Origin: an uncultured Acidobacteriota bacterium
GTDB taxonomy: Bacteria; Acidobacteriota; Vicinamibacteria; Vicinamibacterales; UBA8438
Direction of reading: 5' to 3'
Length of the DNA stretch: 64,000 nucleotides
Assembly (NCBI GenBank): GCA_913043225.1
Contig: CAJWLU010000002.1
Location: 224,001 to 288,000, forward strand
Both the position numbers and the translations under genes were made by a program. This document shows positions 19,512 to 27,623 of this stretch, in pieces. The notes below the pieces were generated by a model. The model searched no databases, was not told where the DNA came from, and saw nothing but the letters and a program-made list of their open reading frames with translations. Position 1 is the first letter of the stretch, and each line of letters begins with the position of its first letter.

Positions 19512-20206
19512 TACGGTCTCGGGGTCCATCTTGGCTCGGACAGCCCGGGTTCAGGGGAATCGGTGCCTGAGGCGTCGAGCCGCAGCAGCTGCACGAGTTC
19601 GCTGAGGACCATCGCGGTGGCGCCCCAGACCCGCTCACCGCACAGTGCGAAGAACGGCACCGTAATCGTTTCGCTCCCGCGCCACAACCACCCCGGACGA
19701 AGACTGTGCGGAGACAGCAGATCGTCGAGGGCCACCTCCAGAATATGGGCCACCTCGTGGGCGGATGCGAGTAGTGATGGGCGTTCGGAGAGCATGCCGA
19801 GCACCGGATACAGCGCGAAGTTCGAGACCGGGATGTAGAGCGGCGTCAGCCGGCCCAGTACCCGTAGCCCGTCGCCGTCAAGCCCGATCTCCTCGTATGC
19901 CTCACGGAGTGCGGCCCGCTCGATCGTCTCACCGTCGTCCACGGTGCCTCCCGGCAACGAAATCTGGCCGGCGTGGGTTCCGAGCGACCCGGCTCGTCGG
20001 GTCAGACAGACGTGTGCACGGTTGCCAATCGGGTAGAGGAGCAGTAGCGCGGCTGCGGTTCGCGACCCTTCGGGGATGACCCCTGCTTGCCAGCCAACAC
20101 GGGGACGAGGGGCCATCCGGGAATGCGCGTCGGGGCAGGGACCAGGGTCTCTGAGAGCGGAACGGAGGCGCGCTTCAATCTGATAAAGTGTCGGAGTAGT
20201 ATCCAC
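19511..20206 (-). CDS. Nudix hydrolase, CoA pyrophosphatase (NudL-like)
   Basis: CLTRRA...[10 protein letters not shown], Nudix box [17 protein letters not shown]. Confidence 0.9.
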   Translation of the reverse strand: MDTTPTLYQIEARLRSALRDPGPCPDAHSRMAPRPRVGWQAGVIPEGSRTAAALLLLYPIGNRAHVCLTRRAGSLGTHAGQISLPGGTVDDGETIERAALREAYEEIGLDGDGLRVLGRLTPLYIPVSNFALYPVLGMLSERPSLLASAHEVAHILEVALDDLLSPHSLRPGWLWRGSETITVPFFALCGERVWGATAMVLSELVQLLRLDASGTDSPEPGLSEPRWTPRP

Positions 20207-20262
20207 GATCGGAACTTGATCCTATCGCGTCTGCCGATGGTGTCTGTATTCGGTCCAACCGT

Positions 20263-21723
20263 ATGACAGACTCCGAGCCTGTTCGACAGCCGATAGAGGA
20301 TCCCCCTACCGAGACAGACGCTCCCCAAGAACAGACGTTCGACCGTTCCATCGTCGAGGGGCCTCTGGGCCGTGCGGTTTGGCATCTCGCCTGGCCCACG
20401 ATGGTGCAGAACGTCATCGGCGGTCTGCAGGGCATCATCGACCAGGCGATGGTCGGCAACTATGTTGGCCATACCGGAAACGCCGCCATCGGCGTCAGCC
20501 TGCAGATCTTCATCCTGGTGATCGTCTTCGTGGCGTCGGTGTTTACCGGCATGGGCGTGCTGGTCGCCAGGTTTGCCGGCGCTGGCGACCCGGAGAAGGT
20601 CAACCGCGCCGTCTATCAGGCGTTCATCGTCGCGTTGTTCCTTGCCGTGGGCGTGATGGCGCCGGTCGGATACTGGGCGGCGCCGACGCTACTGACGATG
20701 ATCAACGCCGCGCCCGAGGTGCAGGTCGAGGCGCTGCCCTACATCCGGATCATGTTCGTGTTCAGCTTCGGCATGCTGATGTTTTTCATGTTCAGCGGCG
20801 CGCTCAGAGCCGCCGGTGACGCTAAGACGCCGATGCGTCTCGGCATCTTCATGACCACTTTGAACATCACGCTGAACATCATACTCATTCGGGGGCTGGG
20901 GCCGATTCCGGCGTTCGGTACCACCGGTGCGGCGATGGGCACGGCGATCGCCAGCGGGGTGACTGGCCTGGTGTTTATCTGGCTGCTGTTCTCCAGCCGT
21001 CTGGTGATCCACTTCTCCAGGACGATGTCCTATCGGCCCGACTGGAGCGTCATCCGGCAGCTGTTTAAGTTCGGTCTGCCGGCCGGGTTCCAGGGTATCG
21101 CCATGAACCTGGGAGGCGTGCTGATGCTCCGTTTCATCGGTTCGCTGACCTACAGCGCTGAGGCGCAGGCCGCTTACGCTGTTGGCTACACCGAGCTCTT
21201 TTCGCTGATCACCTGGACGTCGGTGGGGCTGATGGGGGCGACCGCCGCAGTGGCCGGGCAGAACCTCGGCGCCGGGTATCCTGAGCGGAGCCTCAGGTCG
21301 GTCCACGTGGCGTCGCTCATCGGCCTCTTGGTCGCGGTGGTGGTCGGGCTGCTCTTCCTCGCCATCCCGCGGACTTTGCTCGGCCTGTTCGGCATGGAGG
21401 AAGGTGTGGTCGTCGAGGTCGGCGTGCAACTGCTGGGCTACCTCGCGGTCTCCGGACTGTTCATCACCGTGGCCCTCGTCTATACCGGCGGTCTCCAAGG
21501 GACCGGCGACACTCGCAGCCCCCTCTACATCTCGATCGTGTCGCAAGTCATCGTCCCGCTGGGCACCTGCGCAGTCGTGCAGGCGGTCTACGGGCTCGAG
21601 GTACAGCACATCTGGACCGCCATCGTGATCGGACACATGACGCGTTGCGGTCTCAGCGTGATACGGTTCCGCCAAGGTAAGTGGCGGGAGATCAAGGTCG
21701 AGATCGGTCCCGCCTCAGCTTGA
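20263..21723 (+). CDS. MATE family efflux transporter
   Basis: About 12 TMs, LAWP, RAAGDAKTPM, GAAMGT, GQNLGAG, QGTGDTRSP. Confidence 0.92.
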   Translation: MTDSEPVRQPIEDPPTETDAPQEQTFDRSIVEGPLGRAVWHLAWPTMVQNVIGGLQGIIDQAMVGNYVGHTGNAAIGVSLQIFILVIVFVASVFTGMGVLVARFAGAGDPEKVNRAVYQAFIVALFLAVGVMAPVGYWAAPTLLTMINAAPEVQVEALPYIRIMFVFSFGMLMFFMFSGALRAAGDAKTPMRLGIFMTTLNITLNIILIRGLGPIPAFGTTGAAMGTAIASGVTGLVFIWLLFSSRLVIHFSRTMSYRPDWSVIRQLFKFGLPAGFQGIAMNLGGVLMLRFIGSLTYSAEAQAAYAVGYTELFSLITWTSVGLMGATAAVAGQNLGAGYPERSLRSVHVASLIGLLVAVVVGLLFLAIPRTLLGLFGMEEGVVVEVGVQLLGYLAVSGLFITVALVYTGGLQGTGDTRSPLYISIVSQVIVPLGTCAVVQAVYGLEVQHIWTAIVIGHMTRCGLSVIRFRQGKWREIKVEIGPASA

Positions 21724-21760
21724 CGGCAGTCGCCTGTGACCCGGGCCGTCAACGTTCGAC

Positions 21761-22903
21761 ATGGCAGACTCCCGCGACCACCTGTCCACCTTGGCGGCCC
21801 AGGCGCTGGGCTGGATCGACGAGACCACTCGAGCGGTGGTGCCGCCGATTCATCCGTCGGCCACCTACGAACGGGCTCCGGACGGCAGCTACCCCGGGGG
21901 ACGGACCTACACGCGGGATCACAACCCGACCTACGATCAGACCGAGACGCTACTGGCGCGCCTCGAGGGTGGGGAAGCTGCCCTTCTGTTCAGCTCGGGA
22001 ATGGCCGCGGCCACCACCTTCCTTGAAACTCTCGACCCGGGTGCACATGTCATTGCGCCCCGTCACATGTACTGGACGATTCGCCGGTGGCTCGAGGAGC
22101 TGGCCGAGCGCGATCGCATTGCGCTTGACCTTGTCCCCGCCGGCGATCTCGGGGTTCTTGAGCGTGCGTTGCAACCGGGTCGGACCGCAGTCGTCTGGGT
22201 AGAAACCCCGGCGAACCCGACTGGTGAGGTGACTGACATCGCCGCCACCGTACGGCTTGCTCATGCGGCCGGAGCAAGGGTGGTCGTTGATTCGACAGTG
22301 GCGACGCCCGTGCTCTGCAGGCCGTTGTCGCATGGCGCCGATCTGGTACTCCATTCAGCTACCAAGCAGTTGAACGGTCATGCCGATGTGCTGGCCGGCG
22401 TGCTCGTGACGGCCCGCCGGGATGACGGGTGGGAGCGGATCGCCCACGACCGGGGTTACCGGGGAGCGGTGCTGGGTCCGTTCGAGTGCTGGCTGCTCTT
22501 GCGTGGGATGCGCACGCTGTTTCTGCGGGTGTCGCGGTCGGCGGAGACCGCGCTGCGGATCGCCGAATGGCTCGACGCGCAGTCGACAGTTGCCGAGGTT
22601 TTCTATCCGGGCCTCGTTACCCATCCGGGCCACGAGATCGCGGCTCGGCAGATGGTGGGTGGCTTTGGGATGATGGTCTCGTTCCGACCGCATGGGGGTG
22701 CAGCCGGGGCTCGCCAGGTCGCGGGCCGGTTGCGGCTGTTCAAGAATGCCACATCGCTTGGTGGTGTTGAGAGTCTGGTCGAGCATCGGGCTCCGGTCGA
22801 GGGGCCTGGTACCCCGGTGCCCGATGACCTGCTCCGGTTGTCGGTCGGAATCGAGGCAGTTGAGGACCTGATCGCGGATCTGGTGTCCGCGTTGCGGGAA
22901 TAG
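21761..22903 (+). CDS. Cystathionine gamma-synthase / Cys-Met metabolism PLP-dependent enzyme
   Basis: PPIHPSATY, FSSGMAA, WVETPANP, DST, HSATK (PLP Lys), SLGGVESL, LRLSVGIE. Confidence 0.9.
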   Translation: MADSRDHLSTLAAQALGWIDETTRAVVPPIHPSATYERAPDGSYPGGRTYTRDHNPTYDQTETLLARLEGGEAALLFSSGMAAATTFLETLDPGAHVIAPRHMYWTIRRWLEELAERDRIALDLVPAGDLGVLERALQPGRTAVVWVETPANPTGEVTDIAATVRLAHAAGARVVVDSTVATPVLCRPLSHGADLVLHSATKQLNGHADVLAGVLVTARRDDGWERIAHDRGYRGAVLGPFECWLLLRGMRTLFLRVSRSAETALRIAEWLDAQSTVAEVFYPGLVTHPGHEIAARQMVGGFGMMVSFRPHGGAAGARQVAGRLRLFKNATSLGGVESLVEHRAPVEGPGTPVPDDLLRLSVGIEAVEDLIADLVSALRE

Positions 22904-22916
22904 GGCTCCGGCCACG

Positions 22917-22991
22917 ATGACTGGTTCCGAGCTCCAGCTCACCATCCGGGAAGCCACTGCGGCGGATGTGCCGCTGGTGCTGATTTCCTAG
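22917..22991 (+). pseudogene. N-terminal relic of a GNAT acetyltransferase
   Basis: 24-codon ORF MTGSELQLTIREATAADVPLVLIS*, 13 nt after the upstream stop. IRxATxxDxP is the typical GNAT N-terminus. Confidence 0.55.
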
Positions 22992-23332
22992 CCTGCCCTG
23001 GGTCGTCTCAGGCCCGGCGTCGCCAGCCAGATCCCGAGGGCGGTTGCGGTCGCCACGCTGCACCATCGGACTGTCAGGCGCCGACCGTCGATCCGTGACT
23101 CCCACCGTCTCAACGGCAGACCCTGGTAGGTCGGTAGACCACGACGTCTGGGATGGTTCCCGTCGTCGGCCGCGTCGGGGCGAACTGGGGTGCCGACCGT
23201 GATCAACGCGCTGCTAGCTGCCACCCGGAACTCGGGATCGTCGACCCGCACATGCATCCAGGGCGGCACTAGTCCGACGAGACTGAAGGTCACCATGCCG
23301 AGGCTGAGGATCACGTGTTGGGTGGTCGTCAT
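22988..23332 (-). CDS. Hypothetical 2-TM membrane protein
   Basis: Start overlaps the upstream stop. Hydrophobic N-terminus ending LVPPW, and ...RIDGRRLTVRW followed by a second TM. Confidence 0.6.
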   Translation of the reverse strand: MTTTQHVILSLGMVTFSLVGLVPPWMHVRVDDPEFRVAASSALITVGTPVRPDAADDGNHPRRRGLPTYQGLPLRRWESRIDGRRLTVRWCSVATATALGIWLATPGLRRPRAG

Positions 23333-26139
23333 CCCGCTTGTTCACCCACGTCCTGCGAGATCAGCCGACGAGCGTTATCACGCAGCCGCACTACCTCTTC
23401 GAAGGTGTCGGCGGTCGGTTGTTGCGGAGGGTGCACGGTCAGGGTGACCGTGCCCGGTCGAAGCAGGATGGTGTCGGCCGGGAAGATGTCGCGGGTTCCC
23501 TCAAGCGAAATCGGAACGACGGGGCGTCGGGCCGAGACCGCCGCTCGGAATGCGCCGAGGCGGAACGGGAGCAGTCCCGGCGCTCGGACGAAGGTGCCTT
23601 CGGGAAACACGAACATTGATTCGCCGGCCCTTAGCGCAGTGCTGACTTCGTCGGAGCTTTCCATCTTTTCCGTGTGGTCGCGCTTGTCGATGGTGATGTA
23701 GCCTGCCTTCGGGATGATGGTGCCGAGGATCGGATAGGTGGTCAGGCGTCCCTTCGCGGCAAAGCGGACGTCCACCGGTAAGGTGGCTAGGATGACGACC
23801 ACATCGAGGAAGCTGGCGTGGTTGGCGACGAAGATCGCCGGTTCCAGGCCGTCGAGATGGCGGAGACCACGTAACTCAAGTCGGCAGCCGGACACCGTCA
23901 CCACCCACTGGGCCGCGCGCTTGAGTCGGCGTCTGGCGGCGGCCACCGATCCACTGGCGGCTACCAGGGCCCAGACCACCGGCACGGTCACCACCAGGTG
24001 CGCCACAATGTAGCTGGTGTAGACCAGGCTGCCCGTCAGCGCCGCCACCCGTGCCACGCGCCCGGCGACCGCGCCCCAGGCCAGTCTGGCCCACTGGCGT
24101 GCCATGGAGCCCGTGCCTCCGTCGAGTTGTCCCGAAAGATACGCGTCGCGGGTCGCCGCGCGGCGGATCTTGCCGCTCGAGGTCTTGAGCACGGCACTGG
24201 GTTGCGCTAGTACCACCACGTCTGGGGGGAGGCCAAGCGCGGTGGTGACTTGGTCGAAGATTCGCTGGCGGAGCGTATCCCGTGTCCCGGTGTCGTTCGC
24301 CCGGGTCTCGGCCACGACGACCAGTTGCTCGGTGCCGGCGTCTTCGTCGACGACCCCGAACACCGCGACGCAACCCTTGCGCACCCCGTCGATGCCGGCG
24401 ACGATCGCCTCGGCCTCGTGGGGGTAGACGTTCCGGCCTGCCTTGATGATCACGTCCTTGTGACGTCCGGTGAGAAACAGCTCCCTGTTGGCTAGGTAGC
24501 CGAGGTCGCCGGAGTCAATCCAGCCGTCGTCGGTCGTGATCGCGGCGGTAGCCTCGGGGTTCCGGTAGTAGCCGGACATCATCGAAGGGCCCCGGAACTG
24601 AACCCGTCCCTCTCGCCGTTCGCCGAGCAGGGAGCCTGACGGATCGGCGATGCGGATTTCGTGCCGGGGCAGGGGAAGCCCGCAGGCGACAAATGCCAAT
24701 GCGTCGGCCGCCTCGCTAGGCTCGGCCCGGCCGTCTTGCCGGAACGTCCGGGCAATCCGGTCGACACGCGGCGGCTGGCGTTGCGGGGTGACGGCGAGAC
24801 CGACCGAACACTCGGCGAGGCCGTAGACCGGACGCATGACATCGGATCGGAGACCTGCCTCGGCGAAGCGTTTAGTGAATCGCTCCAGGGTCGCCGGGAG
24901 CACGGCCTCCGAGCCATTCAGCATGAGGCGGACCGAACTCAGGTCGACCCCGTCGATCTCCTCGTCGGTGATCTTGTTCGCGCACAGATCGAACGCGAAG
25001 TTGGGGCCGACGGCGACCGTCGCCCGGTGCGCGTGGATGGTCCAGAACCAGCGTGCCGGCCGGGCCAGGAAGGTGAGCGGCGACAGTATCGTCACCGGAA
25101 TGGCGAAGTACATGGTGCCGAGCCACGCTCCGATGAGGCCCATGTCGTGGTAGAGCGGAAGCCAGCTCACCGCGACGTCGTCCGGTTGGATCTCCAGCCC
25201 CTCTCCGATGGCCCGAACGTTAGCGAGAAGGTTCGCGTGGGTAAGGAGGACGCCCTTCGGCTGGCCGGTGCTGCCCGATGTGTACTGAATGAGGGCGGGG
25301 TCGTCACCGATCAGGCTCAACGGGGGCGCCGCAGGGAGTTCAGTACCGCCCTCTTCCAGGTCCGGGCAAAGATCCTCAAGGGTGGTGACGCCCGACAAGG
25401 TAGGGATCCGCCCGCGCAGCAGGTTGGCCAACCGCTCCACCTCGGCGAACGTGATCATTAGACGCGTGCCGGCGTTCGACAGGATGCCGACCTGGCGCTC
25501 GGCGTACTCCGCAATCCGATCGGGTCGGAACGGTGGATAGATTGGCACCGGCACCGCACCGGCCATCAGGGTTCCGAAGAACGCGGGGAAGAATGCGGCT
25601 TCGGTGCGGAGCATAAGCGTGACGGTGTCGCGCCGGCCGATGCCGCGCCGGCCGAGGGCGTGGGCGACCCGGACCGAACGACGCCACAGCTGCCCGTAGG
25701 TAATAGGCAGCTCGCTGCCGTCTTCTTCGCGCAGAAAGATGTGGGTCCGGTCTGGACGCTCCCTGGCGTGCCAACGGAGCACGTCGACGAGGGTTTCCGC
25801 GTCGTCGGGGGCAGGGGTGGCGAGATCGAGCGGGGTGACGATCTGCGGTCGACGTTCGTCGAGCGCAGGCTCCGCCGCCAGGATGGCCAGAGCCAGGTCG
25901 CGAGGCGACTCGATCGAGGCGATGGTCGCGTCGTTTAAGCGGACGCCCAGCTGCTGCTCGACCCGCGAGACCAACTCGATCCGTTCGAGCGAGCCGAGAC
26001 CCAGGTCACGCTCGAGAGTATCGTCGGGTCCGATCCCGGCGGCGGTCGAGCCGCGGCGCACCTCCCCAACAAGCTGTCCGACGAGCTGCAGTACCCGGTG
26101 CTCGAGTGCGGCGTGATCGTCGGGAGGCAGATTGGACAT
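23329..26139 (-). CDS. Fusion of acyl carrier protein, fatty acyl-AMP ligase and PlsC-type acyltransferase
   Basis: ACP DLGLGSLERIEL; adenylation domain QYTSGSTGQPKG, SWLPLYHDMGLIG, YGLAE, DSGDLG, KTSSGK; TM segment; acyltransferase NHASFLD and FPEGT. Confidence 0.9.
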   Translation of the reverse strand: MSNLPPDDHAALEHRVLQLVGQLVGEVRRGSTAAGIGPDDTLERDLGLGSLERIELVSRVEQQLGVRLNDATIASIESPRDLALAILAAEPALDERRPQIVTPLDLATPAPDDAETLVDVLRWHARERPDRTHIFLREEDGSELPITYGQLWRRSVRVAHALGRRGIGRRDTVTLMLRTEAAFFPAFFGTLMAGAVPVPIYPPFRPDRIAEYAERQVGILSNAGTRLMITFAEVERLANLLRGRIPTLSGVTTLEDLCPDLEEGGTELPAAPPLSLIGDDPALIQYTSGSTGQPKGVLLTHANLLANVRAIGEGLEIQPDDVAVSWLPLYHDMGLIGAWLGTMYFAIPVTILSPLTFLARPARWFWTIHAHRATVAVGPNFAFDLCANKITDEEIDGVDLSSVRLMLNGSEAVLPATLERFTKRFAEAGLRSDVMRPVYGLAECSVGLAVTPQRQPPRVDRIARTFRQDGRAEPSEAADALAFVACGLPLPRHEIRIADPSGSLLGERREGRVQFRGPSMMSGYYRNPEATAAITTDDGWIDSGDLGYLANRELFLTGRHKDVIIKAGRNVYPHEAEAIVAGIDGVRKGCVAVFGVVDEDAGTEQLVVVAETRANDTGTRDTLRQRIFDQVTTALGLPPDVVVLAQPSAVLKTSSGKIRRAATRDAYLSGQLDGGTGSMARQWARLAWGAVAGRVARVAALTGSLVYTSYIVAHLVVTVPVVWALVAASGSVAAARRRLKRAAQWVVTVSGCRLELRGLRHLDGLEPAIFVANHASFLDVVVILATLPVDVRFAAKGRLTTYPILGTIIPKAGYITIDKRDHTEKMESSDEVSTALRAGESMFVFPEGTFVRAPGLLPFRLGAFRAAVSARRPVVPISLEGTRDIFPADTILLRPGTVTLTVHPPQQPTADTFEEVVRLRDNARRLISQDVGEQAG

Positions 26140-26155
26140 GGAGCGGCGGGACTGG

Positions 26156-26770
26156 CTATCCCGCCGGGACTTCGACGCGACGGATTGATTCGATGATCAC
26201 GGGGTCGTTCGGGACGTCGAGCAGTGGGCCTTGGCTGCCGGTGCGTACGCGTCCGATCTCACTGATTACGTTCATGCCCTCGGTCACCCGTCCGAAGACG
26301 GCGTAGCCGATCCCGGCGTCGGTGGGATTCTTGAAGTCGAAGCTCGAATTGTCGTCCAGGTTGATGAAGAACTGCTGGCGGGCAGTGTTTCCCCCAGGCC
26401 CTCGCGCCATGGCAACCGTGCCGCGGCGGTTCTGGAGCGAACGGCTTGCCTGGTTGACGATGCTGCCACGGAGACCCTCTGACTTCGGTGCGAGCTGTTC
26501 CTCGGCTTCGACAGTGAAGCCACCACCCTGGATGATCGTGTCTCGAATTACCCGGTGGAACACCGTCCCGTCGTAGTAGCCCTCGATCACATAGGTCAGA
26601 AAGTTCACGACGGTGGCCGCGACCCGGTCGCGGTAGAGCTCGATCTCGAACGACCCCATGTTGGTCGTCACGAGAACGCGGGGATTCGGGGGCGGGTCCT
26701 GAGCCAGGACGGGAGTAACTGTGCCCAGGAGCGACAGTATCAGAGCGAGCGAGACGAGACGTGGTTGCAC
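26156..26770 (-). CDS. Exported cyclophilin-type PPIase paralog (divergent active site)
   Basis: Signal peptide; YYDGTVFHRVIRDTIIQGGG, GTVAMAR, QFFIN, GYAVFGRV. Confidence 0.9.
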   Translation of the reverse strand: MQPRLVSLALILSLLGTVTPVLAQDPPPNPRVLVTTNMGSFEIELYRDRVAATVVNFLTYVIEGYYDGTVFHRVIRDTIIQGGGFTVEAEEQLAPKSEGLRGSIVNQASRSLQNRRGTVAMARGPGGNTARQQFFINLDDNSSFDFKNPTDAGIGYAVFGRVTEGMNVISEIGRVRTGSQGPLLDVPNDPVIIESIRRVEVPAG

Positions 26771-26812
26771 CGGGTCCTTCTTTCCTGAAGCGCGGCCGAC
26801 GGCCGCCGTGGG

Positions 26813-27394
26813 TCACTGCTGGACGGTAATCGACTCGATCACCACGGGGGTGTTCGGCAAGTCTCGGAACGACCCACGCGAGCCGGTGGCCACGTTCTCG
26901 ATCTGGTCTACGACATCAAGCCCTTCGGTGACGCGGCCGAAGACGGCATACCCGTAGGTCTGCGGTGTCGAGCCTCGATTGTTCAGCGCGTTGTTGTCGA
27001 CGGTGTTGATGAAAAACTGACGAGTCGCGCTGTCGACGACGTTGGTCCGCGCCATGGCCAGGGTGCCGCGATCGTTGGTCAGGCCATTGGTTGCCTCGTT
27101 CTTGATCGGATCGCGGGAGGAGAGCTGTTCCATCTCTGCCGTGAAGGCGCCGCCCTGAATCATGAACCCCTTGATGACCCGGTGGAAGACGGTGCCGCTA
27201 TAGGCTTCTTCTTCGACGTAGGATAAGAAGTTCTCGACCGAGATCGGCGCGTTCGCTCGATCGAGCTCCGCAGTGATGGTTCCCAGGCTTGTCTCGATGA
27301 CGACCACCGGGTTCTCTTGGGCGCGTGCTTCGATGCCGCCGATGGCCGACGTCAGACCGATGGTGGTTAGGGCAAGCAGCTGTCGTAGAGACAT
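26813..27394 (-). CDS. Exported cyclophilin-type peptidyl-prolyl isomerase (PpiA-like)
   Basis: GAGGA before ATG 27394; FHRVIKGFMIQGG, GTLAMART, QFFIN, YAVFGRV. Confidence 0.92.
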   Translation of the reverse strand: MSLRQLLALTTIGLTSAIGGIEARAQENPVVVIETSLGTITAELDRANAPISVENFLSYVEEEAYSGTVFHRVIKGFMIQGGAFTAEMEQLSSRDPIKNEATNGLTNDRGTLAMARTNVVDSATRQFFINTVDNNALNNRGSTPQTYGYAVFGRVTEGLDVVDQIENVATGSRGSFRDLPNTPVVIESITVQQ

Positions 27395-27623
27395 GACGAT
27401 TTCCTCTGGCTGAACAGAAGCGGCGTCCGGAACGGCCCCGCTCATTCAAAATTTGGTATATCTGATCCAATCAGGCGTAGAACCGGCAGCACAGTAGGCG
27501 TAAAGTGCCAGGTTCTTCGGCGCTTATTTAACTACGCTCGCCAGGCACCGAGTATGCATAATTCAATGGAGAGCTGTCCAGTGGGGGTCGCGCCGTGGTG
27601 TTCCCGTCGTGTCGGAATTCAAC

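Noticed and set aside
23329..26139. NRPS/PKS module
   Set aside because: There is no condensation or ketosynthase domain; the terminal domain is a lipid acyltransferase.
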